This document shows, one piece after another, positions 47,906 through 57,944 of a stretch of 64,000 bases of DNA. The notes under the pieces are model-generated. The model searched no databases. It was not told the DNA's origin and saw only the letters and a program-made list of their open reading frames with translations. Origin of the DNA: an uncultured Acidobacteriota bacterium. GTDB taxonomy: Bacteria > Acidobacteriota > Thermoanaerobaculia > Multivoradales > UBA5704. Within the stretch, counting starts at the first letter, position 1, and each line of letters starts with the position of its first letter. The stretch covers positions 768,001 to 832,000 of the forward strand of contig OY969474.1 of the NCBI GenBank assembly GCA_963700145.1, read 5' to 3'. The translations under genes were made by a program, and so were the position numbers.

Positions 47906-47919
47906 TGGGTGGTGGGGGG

Positions 47920-48083
47920 GGCGGGCGTGGGGTGTCCCGGCCAGGGACCGGCGCGCGCGATAGAAGCCTGCACGATCTGAGGCGCGCGCCTGCGCTTGGC
48001 TGCGCGCCGGATCGCGGTGGGCCTGCGGCGTGGGTTGCCGGCGCTTGCCAAGAGCTCCCTGGCCGGGACACCCCACGCCCGCC
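47920..48083. mobile_element. 164-bp element bounded by 28-bp perfect inverted repeats (MITE/REPIN-like)
   Basis: GGCGGGCGTGGGGTGTCCCGGCCAGGGA (47920-47947) and its exact reverse complement (48056-48083), between tolQ and tolR. Confidence 0.6.
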
Positions 48084-48134
48084 GCGAACCGTGGAAGACG
48101 AAATGCTTTCCACATGTTGCTTTGGGTTGGACTG

Positions 48135-48563
48135 ATGGCTTTCAACCCTGGCGGGGACGCCGACGAGCCGGTTGCCGAGATCAACGTCACGCCGCTGGTG
48201 GACGTGATGCTGGTGCTGCTGATCATCTTCATGATCGCGGCGCCGATGCTGCACCAGGGGATCGAGGTCGCGCTGCCCCGCGCCGACGCCCGCAACCTGC
48301 CGCTGCGGGTCGAGGACCCGCTGGTCATCTCGATCAACCGCGACGGCCTGGTCTACGTGCGCGAGACGCCGGTGCACCCGTCGCAGCTCGTCGAGCGGCT
48401 GCTGCCGATGCTGCAGGCGCGCGGCGACGAGTCGGTGTTCTTGAAGGGGGACCGCGACGTGCCCTACGGCCGCGTCATCGAGGTGCTCGACCTGCTGCAC
48501 AAGGGCGGGATCGAGCGGGTGGGGATGGTCACCGAGAAGCCGCCGGAGGGGCGCGGGCGTTGA
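48135..48563 (+). CDS. tolR: TolR/ExbD
   Basis: EINVTPLVDVMLVLLIIFM, LKGDRDVPYG. Confidence 0.93.
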   Translation: MAFNPGGDADEPVAEINVTPLVDVMLVLLIIFMIAAPMLHQGIEVALPRADARNLPLRVEDPLVISINRDGLVYVRETPVHPSQLVERLLPMLQARGDESVFLKGDRDVPYGRVIEVLDLLHKGGIERVGMVTEKPPEGRGR

Positions 48564-49369
48564 CGGCGGCGACCACGGCCGTCGACCGCGTCCTGGCGCA
48601 GCGGGCGCGGCGGCAGGGCAGCGCGCCGTGGCTGGCCGCCCTGGCCGCGGCGGCGGGGTTGCACGTCCTGGCGACCGCCCTCTTCCTCTTCCTGCCGCGG
48701 GTCTTCCACCAGCCGGCGGCGCCGCTGGAGTTCGTGCCGGTGACGATCCTGCCGGCCGCGGCGCTCGGCGTCCCCAACCCGCGGCGTGCCGCGCCGCCGC
48801 CCCCGGAGCCGGAGCCGGCCGCCGAGGAGGCCCCCGCCGAGCCGGAGCCGGCGCCGCCGGACGAGGAGCTGCCGGCCCTGCCGGCGCCGGAGCCCGAGGA
48901 GCCGCCGAAGCGCCCGGCTCGCGAGGCGCCGGCGCGGGAGCCGGACGCGGCGCCCCCGGCCCGCCGCCCGCCCGGCGAGCCCGGCCGAGAGGAGGGCAGC
49001 GAGCGCGGCACGGGCGAGAGCGGCGAGCGCCGCGGGTCGCCGGGCGGCAGCCGCTCGGGCACGACCGCCTTCGGCTCGGAGATCGTCGGCGTCGACCCCG
49101 ACTTCACCTACGGCTACTACCTCGACCGTCTGCTCTCGCTCATCGAGGCGCAGTGGCAGCGCCCTTCGGTGGGCGACGGCGTCGAGGCGATGATCGCCTT
49201 CACCATCGAGCGCGACGGCCGGGTGAGCGAGCTCGAGGTCGCCAAGTCCTCGGGGATGAACGCCTTCGACCTCGCCGCCCTGCGCGCGGTGCAGAACGCC
49301 GCGCCCTTCCCGCGTCTCCCGGCGAGCTACCGCAAGAACGCTCTCGGGGTCAATCTGATCGTCCGCTGA
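48560..49369 (+). CDS. TolA/TonB-family energy transducer
   Basis: N-terminal TM with H, Pro/Glu-rich linker, TonB_C-like FTIERDG...SSG..AFD.AALRAV..A.PFP.LP; occupies the tolA position. Confidence 0.85.
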   Translation: MTAATTAVDRVLAQRARRQGSAPWLAALAAAAGLHVLATALFLFLPRVFHQPAAPLEFVPVTILPAAALGVPNPRRAAPPPPEPEPAAEEAPAEPEPAPPDEELPALPAPEPEEPPKRPAREAPAREPDAAPPARRPPGEPGREEGSERGTGESGERRGSPGGSRSGTTAFGSEIVGVDPDFTYGYYLDRLLSLIEAQWQRPSVGDGVEAMIAFTIERDGRVSELEVAKSSGMNAFDLAALRAVQNAAPFPRLPASYRKNALGVNLIVR

Positions 49370-49379
49370 CGAGGTGCCG

Positions 49380-50726
49380 ATGACCGTACGACGTCTCTGG
49401 CCGGCCGCTCCCCTGCTCGTCCTCCTCGCCGGCGCGCTGCTGCCGGCGCTCGGCGCCCAGCAGCCGCCGACGACCGCCCCGCCCGAGCCGGACGACCGGG
49501 TCACCATCGTCCTCGACCCCACCCGCCAGCGGCCGCTCATCCGCCTCGCCATCCCCGCCTTCCGCGGCGCGGGCTTGGCCGGCCCCGCCGCGGCGGCGGC
49601 CCGCGAGCTCGAGGCGACCGTCCGCGCCGACCTCGAGGTCTCCGGCTACTTCGCGATCCAGGGCCCGGCGGACTTCCGCGTCCTGCAGCTCAGCGGCGAC
49701 CCGGCGCGCGACGCCGAGCAGTACCGCTCGCTCGGCAACGAGATCCTGCTCCTCGGCGACGTCCGCGCCGAGGGCGAGCGCCTCGTCTTCGAGGGGCGGC
49801 TCTTCGACCTGCAGAGCGGCCAGGGGATCCTCGCCAAGCGCTACCGGGGGAGCTTCGCGGTGGCCCGCCGCATCGGCCACACCTTCGCCGACGAAGTGAT
49901 TCGGTATCTCACCGGCGGCCGCGGCCTGGGCCTCACCTCGATCGCCTTCACCTCCGACCGCACCGGCCACAAGGAGATCTGGGTGATGGACTGGGACGGC
50001 AGCGCGCCGCGGCGGCTCACCGGCCACAAGTCCACCTCCATGTCGCCGGCCTGGGAGGCCAGCGGCGCGGGCCTCGCCTACACCTCCTTCTTCAACGGCC
50101 CGCCCTCGATCTACTACGTCGACCTCGCGACCGGCAGGAAGCGCGGCGTCGTCACCTCCGGCTCGCTCAACATCACTCCCACCTTCTCCCCCGACGGCGG
50201 CCGCCTCGCCTTCGCCCGCTCGCTGGCCGGCAACATCGAGATCTTCACCGCCGCCCGCGACGGCAGCGGTCTGCGCCGGCTCACCCATTCGAATGCCATC
50301 GACACCAACCCCTCCTGGAGCCCGAAGGGCGGGGAGATCGCCTTCACCTCCAGCCGCGGCGGCAACCCGCACCTCTACCTGATGGCGGCCGACGGCTCCG
50401 ACCACCGCCGCCTCACCTTCGACGGCGACTACAACGACGGCGCCGCCTGGAGCCCCGACGGCGACCGTATCGCCTACACCTCCCGCCGCGGCGGCCGCTT
50501 CCAGATCGCCGTCCTCGACGTGGCGACCCTGGAGAGCCGCCTGCTGACCTCCGGGCCGGGGGAGAACGAGTCCCCGACCTTCTCCCCCGACGGGCGGAAG
50601 ATCGCTTTCACCTCCCGCCGCAGCGGCCGCAAGCAGATCTACGTCATGGACGCCGCCTCCGGCGGCAACGTCCGCCAGCTCACCCGCGAGGGCAACAACG
50701 ACATGGCGGAGTGGTCGCGGCAGTGA
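49380..50726 (+). CDS. tolB: Tol-Pal beta-propeller protein TolB
   Basis: Signal peptide, TolB N-domain, repeated P.[WF]SPDG..IAF.S PD40 units. Confidence 0.94.
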   Translation: MTVRRLWPAAPLLVLLAGALLPALGAQQPPTTAPPEPDDRVTIVLDPTRQRPLIRLAIPAFRGAGLAGPAAAAARELEATVRADLEVSGYFAIQGPADFRVLQLSGDPARDAEQYRSLGNEILLLGDVRAEGERLVFEGRLFDLQSGQGILAKRYRGSFAVARRIGHTFADEVIRYLTGGRGLGLTSIAFTSDRTGHKEIWVMDWDGSAPRRLTGHKSTSMSPAWEASGAGLAYTSFFNGPPSIYYVDLATGRKRGVVTSGSLNITPTFSPDGGRLAFARSLAGNIEIFTAARDGSGLRRLTHSNAIDTNPSWSPKGGEIAFTSSRGGNPHLYLMAADGSDHRRLTFDGDYNDGAAWSPDGDRIAYTSRRGGRFQIAVLDVATLESRLLTSGPGENESPTFSPDGRKIAFTSRRSGRKQIYVMDAASGGNVRQLTREGNNDMAEWSRQ

Positions 50727-50809
50727 CGCTTCTGCTAGATTGGCCGCCAGGCCCCGCGCGGCCGGCAGGAGAGCAGTGAACGGAAGCCCTTGACCGAGGA
50801 GAGACCCCG

Positions 50810-51400
50810 ATGAACCGCAAGCTGCTGGTGTGGACCGTGGCGCCGCTGCTGCTGCTGGTGCTCTACGGCTGCCCCAAGAAGAAGCCCCAGACCACCGACG
50901 CGACGCTCGACGTCGAGACCGAGACCGTCGCCCCCACCACCGACGCCACGACCGAGATCGAGGAGCCGGCGCCGCCGGTCGCCGACGAGACCGAGGAGGA
51001 CCCCCTGGCCGCCGGCGACCTGCGCACCGTCAACGACGAGCTGCGCCGCCGCGGCTTCTCGGCCGACGTCTACTTCAACTACGACGAGGCGACGCTCTCC
51101 GACGAGGCGCGCGAGAAGCTGGCGCGCAACGCCGAGCTGCTGCGCGGCCAGCCGCAGTTCACCCTGACCATCGAGGGGCACGCCGACGAGCGCGGCACCA
51201 ACGAGTACAACCTGGCGCTCGGCGAGCGGCGGGCCTACGCGGCGCGCGACTACCTGGCCTCGCTCGGCGTCTCCGGCGACCGCATGCGCACCATCAGCTA
51301 CGGCGAGGAGCGCCCGGCCTGCACCGAGAGCGACGAGAGCTGCTGGTCACAGAACCGCCGCGCCCATATGGTGATCACCGGCCGCTCCAACGTCGGCTGA
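50810..51400 (+). CDS. pal: Peptidoglycan-associated lipoprotein
   Basis: Lipobox LYGC; VYFNYD, IEGHADERGTNEYNLALGERRA, ISYGEERP, NRRA. Confidence 0.96.
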   Translation: MNRKLLVWTVAPLLLLVLYGCPKKKPQTTDATLDVETETVAPTTDATTEIEEPAPPVADETEEDPLAAGDLRTVNDELRRRGFSADVYFNYDEATLSDEAREKLARNAELLRGQPQFTLTIEGHADERGTNEYNLALGERRAYAARDYLASLGVSGDRMRTISYGEERPACTESDESCWSQNRRAHMVITGRSNVG

Positions 51401-51411
51401 GGGGGTCCGTC

Positions 51412-52227
51412 ATGAAGCACCGCGCGCGCGCCCTTCCCGGCCTGCTGGCGGCGGCCCTCGCCGCCGCCGGCTGCGTCAGCCCCCGGGACATCGAGGACCT
51501 CGGCGCCCGCATCGGCGAGGTGCAGAGCCAGCTCCTCCAGATGCAGCGCCAGGCACCGAGCAAGCAGGAGGTCGCCGACTTCGAGGCGGAGGTCGGCGTG
51601 CAGATGGCGAACCTGCTCAAGTCGGAGGCCGACATGCAGGTCAAGCTCTCCGAGCTGGGGAGCCAGATCGAGGAGCTCCAGGCCAAGCTCGAGGACACCA
51701 ACCACCGCCTGGCGCAGCTCTCGCAGCAGATCGCGGCGACCAACCAGGAGCTCAGGAACGTGCGCAGCGCGCCGCCGCCGGCGGCGGTGCCCGAGGGGGA
51801 GGAGGGCGCCGCGCCGCCGCCGACCCCGCCGGTCGGCGCCGGCGATCCGCGGGCGCTCTACAACGCCGCCTACAACGACTACCTGAAGGGCAACTACGAG
51901 CTGGCGGCGCGCGAGTTCGAGGAGTACCTGGCGAACTTCCCGGAGACCGACCTGGCGGACAACGCCATCTACTGGCTGGGCGAGATCCAGTACCGGCAGA
52001 AGAACTACCGCCAGGCGATCGACCGCTTCGACGAGGTGATGCGGCGCTACCCGCGCAGCGACAAGGTCGCCAGCGCCCTGCTCAAGAAGGGCTACTCCCA
52101 TCTCGAGCTCGGCGAGCGCACCAACGGGGTGTCGCGCCTGCGCGAGGTGGTGCGCCAGTACCCGTCGAGCGACGAGGCCAACCTCGCCCGCCAGCGCCTG
52201 CGCGAGCTGGGCGTGGACACCGGGTAG
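51412..52227 (+). CDS. cpoB: Tol-Pal protein CpoB/YbgF
   Basis: Lipobox AAGC, coiled coil, TPR unit (LYNAAY...ADNAIYWLGE...ALLKKG); follows pal. Confidence 0.9.
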   Translation: MKHRARALPGLLAAALAAAGCVSPRDIEDLGARIGEVQSQLLQMQRQAPSKQEVADFEAEVGVQMANLLKSEADMQVKLSELGSQIEELQAKLEDTNHRLAQLSQQIAATNQELRNVRSAPPPAAVPEGEEGAAPPPTPPVGAGDPRALYNAAYNDYLKGNYELAAREFEEYLANFPETDLADNAIYWLGEIQYRQKNYRQAIDRFDEVMRRYPRSDKVASALLKKGYSHLELGERTNGVSRLREVVRQYPSSDEANLARQRLRELGVDTG

Positions 52228-52229
52228 TC

Positions 52230-52259
52230 TTGACCGCGCCTAACTCACCGTGTTATAAA
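52230..52259 (+). promoter_or_regulatory. sigma70-type promoter for rpsT
   Basis: TTGACC-N18-TATAAA with extended TG. Confidence 0.65.
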
Positions 52260-52316
52260 GCCTTCCGCGTCGCACCGGCAGACGGTGCGGCGTTTCGTTT
52301 GTAAGGGCAAGAACCC

Positions 52317-52583
52317 ATGGCCAACACCGAGTCCGCCGAGAAGCGCCACCGCCAGAACGCGCAGGCCCGCGCCCGCAACAAGAGCCACCGCTCGCGCATG
52401 CGCACCGCGGTCAAGCAGCTCAACGCCGCCGTCGAGACCGGCGACGCCAAGGCCGCCAAGGAGATGCTCCCGGGCATCCTCGGCCTGATCGACGCCACCG
52501 CCCAGAAGCGGGTCATCCACACCAACACCGCCTCCCGCACCAAGTCCCGCCTCGCCAAGCGCGTGGCGCGCCTCGAAGGCTAG
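52317..52583 (+). CDS. rpsT: 30S ribosomal protein S20
   Basis: MANTESAEKR.RQ...RN..RSRMRT, IH.N.ASR.KSRL. Confidence 0.96.
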   Translation: MANTESAEKRHRQNAQARARNKSHRSRMRTAVKQLNAAVETGDAKAAKEMLPGILGLIDATAQKRVIHTNTASRTKSRLAKRVARLEG

Positions 52584-52723
52584 GCCCCTCCTCCCCCTCG
52601 CCGTTCCGCGCCGGCACCCCGGCGCCGGGGCGGGTGTGTCCCGTTCCCCCCGCCGGCCCTCACCTTTGGGTGTAGCAACTCGTCTATCAATCCGTTGTCC
52701 TGACGTCCGAGAGGAGGGCTTCG

Positions 52724-55700
52724 ATGAGGCGTTCCGCGTCCCTCGTCCTGTTCCTGTCGCTTGCCTGTCTCGCCGCCGTCCCCGCCTTCGCCGACCCACC
52801 GGTTTCCTCGACGGCGGTCCGTTTCGGCGTCTCCCCGCCGCTCAGCTCGCTGCCGCCCGACGTCGCGGAGAAGCCGCCGGACCCGAGCGACGAGGAGCTC
52901 AAGGCCAACCCCAACAAGATCGTGCGCGTCGAGACCGGCGACCCCGACGCGGTCTCGGTCGACCCGGTGATCCAGAGCTCCGCGCCGGCCCTGGCGCTGG
53001 CGCCGCCGCTGGCGACCTTCGAGGGCATCTCGAACAACGACAACTTCACCGCCTTCGCCTTCCGCGTCGCGCCGCCCGACACCGACGGCGACGTCGGCCC
53101 CGACCACTACGTGCAGATCGTCAACCTGATGTTCCGGGTCTTCGACAAGGCCGGCGCGCCGCTGACCGCCCCGCTCAAGGTGAGCTCGATCTTCGCCCCG
53201 CTCGGCGCCCCTTGCGGGCCGCGCGACGACGGCGACCCGATCGCCCTCTACGACCCCCTGGCCGACCGCTGGATGGTGAGCCAGTTCTGCACCGTCGCCG
53301 ACCCCTTCAACCACCAGGTCATCGCCATCTCGCAGACCCCCAACCCGGCCGGCGCCTGGTTCCTCTACGACTTCATGATGCCGAACATCAAGTTCAACGA
53401 CTACCCGAAGTTCGGCGTCTGGCCGGACGCCTATTACATGACCGACAACCAGTTCAACCAGGCCGGCACCGCCTTCCTGGGCGCCGGCGTCTTCGCCTTC
53501 GACCGCGCCAAGATGCTGGCCGGCGACCCGACGGCGAGCTACATCTACTTCGACGTCGAGAACGGCAACCCCAACATCGGCGGCGTGCTGCCCGCCGACC
53601 TCGACGGGCTCACCCCGCCGCCGATCGGCACCCCCGGCCTCTTCGCCTACTTCACCGCCGACGAGTTCGGCGACCCGGCCGACGGCATCCGCATCTGGGA
53701 CTTCAACGCCGACTTCGCCAACCCCCTGGCCTCCACCTTCGTCGAGCGGGCGGAGAGCCCGATCGCGGTCGCCACCTTCGACCCGCGCACGCCGGCCGGG
53801 CGCGACGACATCGAGCAGCCGCCGCCGGCCAACTCCGGGAGCTTCCTCGACGCCATCGCCGACCGCTTCATGTTCCGCCTCGCCTACCGCAACTTCGGCA
53901 CCCACGAGTCGCTGGTCGTCAACCACACCGTCAACGTCAGCGGCGTCAACCCGACCACCCCGGGCACCCACCGCGCCGGCGTCCGCTACTACGAGCTGCG
54001 CCGGCCGACCGGCGGCGCCTTCAGCGTCAACGAGCAGGCGACCTTCGCCCCCGACACCGACAACCGCTGGATGGCCAGCGCCGCCCAGGACAACGACGGC
54101 AACCTGGCGGTGGGCTACAGCGTCTCCAGCCTGACGACGGCGCCGTCGATCCGCTACGCCGCCCGCCTGGCGACCGATCCCCCGAACGGCCTCTTCCAGG
54201 GGGAGACGTCGCTCGTCGCCGGCAGCGGCGTGCAGACCGGCACCGGCTCGCGCTGGGGGGACTACAGCGCCCTCGCCGTCGATCCGGCCGACGACTGCAC
54301 CTTCTGGTTCACCAGCGAGTACTACACGGCCGCCAGCCAGGCCACCAGCACGGTCGGCTGGCTCACCCGCATCGGCAGCTTCGTGCTGCCGGGCTGCACG
54401 CCCGCCGAGAGCGGCACGATCCAGGGCACGGTGCGCAACGCCGTCACCCTGCTGCCGATCGCCGGCGCCGTCGTCGCCACCAGCGACGGCTACACGCGCA
54501 TCACCGACGCCGGCGGCGGCTACACGATGCAGGTGGCCGCCGGCACCTACGACATGACGGCCTCGGCGCCCGGCTTCGGCAGCGACTCCGAGACCGGCGT
54601 CGTGGTGGCCACCAACGGCACCACGACCCAGGACTTCTTCCTGGCGCCGACGCCGATCATGCAGGCCGCCCCCGGCGCCGCCATCGCGGCCGAGAGCTGC
54701 AGCCCGACGAGCGGGGCGATCGACCCCGGCGAGACCGTGACCGTGACCCTGCCGGTGCGCAACGTCGGCACCGCCGACACCATCAACCTCGTCGGCACCC
54801 TGCTCCCCGGCGGCGGCGTCACCTCGCCGGGCGCGCCCCAGAGCTACGGGGTGGTGATCGCCGGCGGGCCCGACGTCGCGCGGCCGTTCAGCTTCACCGC
54901 CAGCGGCGCCTGCGGCTCCACCATCACCCTCTCGCTCCAGTTCCAGGACGGCCCGAGCGACCTCGGGACCGTCACTTACACCTTCACCCTCGGCACCCTG
55001 AACCCGCTCACCCAGACCTCGACGACGAGCAGCGGCGACATCAGCGTCCCGCTCCCCGACCTCGGGGTGGCCGAGTCGACGATCGTCGTGCCCGACGCCG
55101 GCGCGGTGACGGACGTCAACGTCAGCGTCCGCCTCAACCACACCTTCGACGGCGACCTCATCATCAGCCTGATCGCCCCGAACGGCACCGAGGTCCGCCT
55201 CTCCAACCAGCGCGGCGGCGCCGGCGACAACTTCGGCACCGGCGCCAACAGCTGCGCCGGCACGCCGACGGTGTTCGACGACTCCGCGGCGGTGGCGATC
55301 AGCGCCGGCACGGCGCCCTTCGCCGGCAGCTTCCGCCCCGACCAGCCGCTTTCCGCCCTCAACGGCGGGCCGACGGCCGGCACCTGGAAGCTGCGCATCA
55401 GCGACAACGCCGGGCTCGACGTCGGCACTCTCTTCTGCTGGAAGCTCGAGATCGGGCGCCGCGTCTACACCTGCTGCGGCGTCGCCGGCACCCCGGTCCC
55501 GATCGGCACCGGCCGCAACGTCACCGCCGAGAGCTGCAGCCCGGCCAACGGCGCGATCGACCCCGACGAGACGGTCTCCGTCAGCTTCGCGCTCGCCAAC
55601 GCCGGCAGCAGCCCGACGACCGACCTGGTCGCCACCCTGCAGCCGACCGGCGGCGTGCAGACGCCGAGCGGGCCGCAGAGCTACGGCGCGGTGCCCACCG

Positions 55701-56950
55701 ACGGCAGCTCCGTGGCGCGCACCTTCAGCTTCGTGCCGGCCGGCACCTGCGGCGGCATCGTCACGGCGACCCTCCAGCTCCAGGACGGCCTGACGAGCTT
55801 CGGCACCGTCAGCTTCACCCTGCAGCTGGGGACGACCGCCGGCGGCACGGCCGGGCCGTTCGCCAACGCCGGCTCGATCGGCGTGCCGGGCACCGGCACC
55901 GTCGGCAACGCCTCCCCCTACCCCTCGTCGATCAGCGTCTCCGGGATCGTCGGCACCGTGACCAAGGTGACGGCGACGCTCCACGGCATGAACCACACCT
56001 TCCCGGGCGACATCGACATCCTGCTGGCGGGGCCCGGCGGGCAGCGGATCGTGCTGCTGTCCGACGTCGGCGGCACCGCCGACCTCGTCAACGTGACGCT
56101 GACCTTCGACGACGCGGGCCCGGCGGTGCCGGCGACGATCGTCTCGGGCACCTTCCGACCCACCAACTCCGGCACGGGCGACGTCTTCCCCGCCCCGGCC
56201 CCGGGCGCGCCGCACGGCTCGCTCCTGGCCGACTTCAACGGCGTCAACCCCAACGGCACCTGGAGCCTGTACGCCCTCGACGACGCCTCGATCGACGCCG
56301 GCAACATCTCCGGCGGCTGGAGCCTCAGCTTCCAGACCGCCGACCCGGTCTGCTGCGATCAGGCCTGCTCGCTGGCCTGCCCGGCGCCGATCTCCCAAGG
56401 GAACGACCCTGGCCTGTGCTCGGCCGTCGTCACCTTCCCCTTCCCGGGCGTGACCGGCACCTGCGGCACGCTGGCCTGTGTGCCGCCCTCGGGGTCGATC
56501 TTCCCGGTAGGCACGACGACCGACGTCTGCACGGCGACCCGCACCAGCGGCCCGTCGGCGGGCACGACGACGACGTGCAACTTCCCGATCACCGTCAACG
56601 ACGTCGAGGGGCCGTCGATCACGGCGCCGACGATCACCCCGTCGACGCTGTGGCCGCCGAACCACCAAATGGCGAACTGCTCGGTGGCCTACAGCGCCAC
56701 GGACAACTGCACCCCGGGCGGCGCCATCACCTGCGGCCTCTCGGTGGCGAGCGACGAGCCGATCAGCGGCCTGGGGGACGGCGACACGGCGCCCGACTGG
56801 CTGGTGGTCAACCCGACGCTCGTCCGGCTGCGCGCCGAGCGCTCCGGCACCGGCGACGGCCGCGTTTACACGGTCACGGTCACCTGCACCGACCAGGCCG
56901 GCGTCAGCACCAGCCGGAACACGACGGCCAACGTGCCGCTCAGCCAGTAG
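52724..56950 (+). CDS. Large secreted multidomain protein (PPD..GDVG N-domain, carboxypeptidase-regulatory-like, two P-domains, HYR-like, LWPPNH C-domain)
   Basis: Signal peptide ending AFA; RWGDYS; HTF.GD...L..P.G P-domains twice; FPVGTT HYR-like; TLWPPNH...LRAERSG.GDGRVY. Confidence 0.85.
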   Translation: MRRSASLVLFLSLACLAAVPAFADPPVSSTAVRFGVSPPLSSLPPDVAEKPPDPSDEELKANPNKIVRVETGDPDAVSVDPVIQSSAPALALAPPLATFEGISNNDNFTAFAFRVAPPDTDGDVGPDHYVQIVNLMFRVFDKAGAPLTAPLKVSSIFAPLGAPCGPRDDGDPIALYDPLADRWMVSQFCTVADPFNHQVIAISQTPNPAGAWFLYDFMMPNIKFNDYPKFGVWPDAYYMTDNQFNQAGTAFLGAGVFAFDRAKMLAGDPTASYIYFDVENGNPNIGGVLPADLDGLTPPPIGTPGLFAYFTADEFGDPADGIRIWDFNADFANPLASTFVERAESPIAVATFDPRTPAGRDDIEQPPPANSGSFLDAIADRFMFRLAYRNFGTHESLVVNHTVNVSGVNPTTPGTHRAGVRYYELRRPTGGAFSVNEQATFAPDTDNRWMASAAQDNDGNLAVGYSVSSLTTAPSIRYAARLATDPPNGLFQGETSLVAGSGVQTGTGSRWGDYSALAVDPADDCTFWFTSEYYTAASQATSTVGWLTRIGSFVLPGCTPAESGTIQGTVRNAVTLLPIAGAVVATSDGYTRITDAGGGYTMQVAAGTYDMTASAPGFGSDSETGVVVATNGTTTQDFFLAPTPIMQAAPGAAIAAESCSPTSGAIDPGETVTVTLPVRNVGTADTINLVGTLLPGGGVTSPGAPQSYGVVIAGGPDVARPFSFTASGACGSTITLSLQFQDGPSDLGTVTYTFTLGTLNPLTQTSTTSSGDISVPLPDLGVAESTIVVPDAGAVTDVNVSVRLNHTFDGDLIISLIAPNGTEVRLSNQRGGAGDNFGTGANSCAGTPTVFDDSAAVAISAGTAPFAGSFRPDQPLSALNGGPTAGTWKLRISDNAGLDVGTLFCWKLEIGRRVYTCCGVAGTPVPIGTGRNVTAESCSPANGAIDPDETVSVSFALANAGSSPTTDLVATLQPTGGVQTPSGPQSYGAVPTDGSSVARTFSFVPAGTCGGIVTATLQLQDGLTSFGTVSFTLQLGTTAGGTAGPFANAGSIGVPGTGTVGNASPYPSSISVSGIVGTVTKVTATLHGMNHTFPGDIDILLAGPGGQRIVLLSDVGGTADLVNVTLTFDDAGPAVPATIVSGTFRPTNSGTGDVFPAPAPGAPHGSLLADFNGVNPNGTWSLYALDDASIDAGNISGGWSLSFQTADPVCCDQACSLACPAPISQGNDPGLCSAVVTFPFPGVTGTCGTLACVPPSGSIFPVGTTTDVCTATRTSGPSAGTTTTCNFPITVNDVEGPSITAPTITPSTLWPPNHQMANCSVAYSATDNCTPGGAITCGLSVASDEPISGLGDGDTAPDWLVVNPTLVRLRAERSGTGDGRVYTVTVTCTDQAGVSTSRNTTANVPLSQ

Positions 56951-56968
56951 GCGGTTCCACGCAGGCTC

Positions 56969-57008
56969 CCGCCCCGCTCCCGGTGGTCCCGGGGGCGGGG
57001 CGGTTTCT
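56969..57008 (+). terminator. Probable intrinsic terminator
   Basis: 15-bp GC stem CCGCCCCGCTCCCGG/CCGGGGGCGGGGCGG followed by TTTCT, between convergent genes. Confidence 0.6.
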
Positions 57009-57011
57009 CGT

Positions 57012-57413
57012 CTAGAGGCACTTGGTGAGGCGGGCGGAGCGGCCGTGCACCAGCTCGAAGGGGCCGAGCGTCTCGCCGCCGTCGCCGACGGCGATCGTGA
57101 GGGTCATGGTCTTCCCCTCGACGCGGCCGGCGTAGCGCGCCGGCCGGGCGTCCTCCTGCCCTTCCCGCACCGGCCCGCCGCGCTCCTGGACGTACGTCCC
57201 TGTGACGTCGAAGCGCCCCTGGGAGTCCAGCCGGATCGCCCCCTCGACTGCGCCGTGGGCGCAATCGAACTCGACCGTCGCCCCGCCCGCGGCGACCTCT
57301 AGGAGGATGTGGTCGCCACCCCACGCGCCGAGGGCGAGTGATCGTTCCTCGCCCGCCGTCATCGAATAGCAGCCGGCGAGGATGACCAGGGAAATGCAGG
57401 CCACGATCGGCAT
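57012..57413 (-). CDS. Hypothetical lipoprotein
   Basis: Lipobox LAGC; G.WGG.H, FDCAHG, terminal KCL. Confidence 0.7.
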   Translation of the reverse strand: MPIVACISLVILAGCYSMTAGEERSLALGAWGGDHILLEVAAGGATVEFDCAHGAVEGAIRLDSQGRFDVTGTYVQERGGPVREGQEDARPARYAGRVEGKTMTLTIAVGDGGETLGPFELVHGRSARLTKCL

Positions 57414-57427
57414 CTTCTACGGCAGCC

Positions 57428-57685
57428 TCAACGGTAGATCTCGCGACGATGCCCTATTGCATGGACGACGATCAGCCGCTCACTGCGCAGGACCTGGTAG
57501 AACACGCGATAGTCGCCGACGCGCAGCTTGTAGAGGTCGGAGAGTGAGCCTGTCAACGCTTGAAGCTGGATCGAATCGAGGTTCTCCGCAAGCCAGCGAA
57601 GTCGCTTTGCCACGCGCTCACCGGCCTCGCGGTCGAGGCTCGCGAGGTCCCGGGCTGCGGTGGCGAGGATCCGCAGCTCGTACAC
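57428..57685 (-). CDS. relE: RelE/ParE family type II toxin
   Basis: A.RDL..LD, L.G.L...YKLRVGDYRV.Y, IGHRREIY. Confidence 0.92.
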   Translation of the reverse strand: MYELRILATAARDLASLDREAGERVAKRLRWLAENLDSIQLQALTGSLSDLYKLRVGDYRVFYQVLRSERLIVVHAIGHRREIYR

Positions 57686-57688
57686 TGC

Positions 57689-57907
57689 TCAGAGAAGGCG
57701 GAGCCGCGCGGCGACCGCTTCAAAGGCCTCGCCGCGCTCTCCCTGTGCAACGGCATCTCGCTGACGTTCCAGCCGCTCGCGCAGATCTTGCCGTAGCTCG
57801 AGACCGCGGTCGGGATCCCCGAGCATTTCCGTCAGCTTGGTCTCGATCAGCTCATCCAGCATCGCCTTCAGTTCCTCGGTGCTCATCTCCGCGACCGTCT
57901 TGCTCAT
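57689..57907 (-). CDS. Putative antitoxin
   Basis: 72-aa acidic protein 3 bp upstream of relE; RBS AGGAGG; GDPD.GLELR. Confidence 0.75.
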   Translation of the reverse strand: MSKTVAEMSTEELKAMLDELIETKLTEMLGDPDRGLELRQDLRERLERQRDAVAQGERGEAFEAVAARLRLL

Positions 57908-57944
57908 GCGAACCTCCTGGTCGGGATGATTCTACGTCCCGGCC

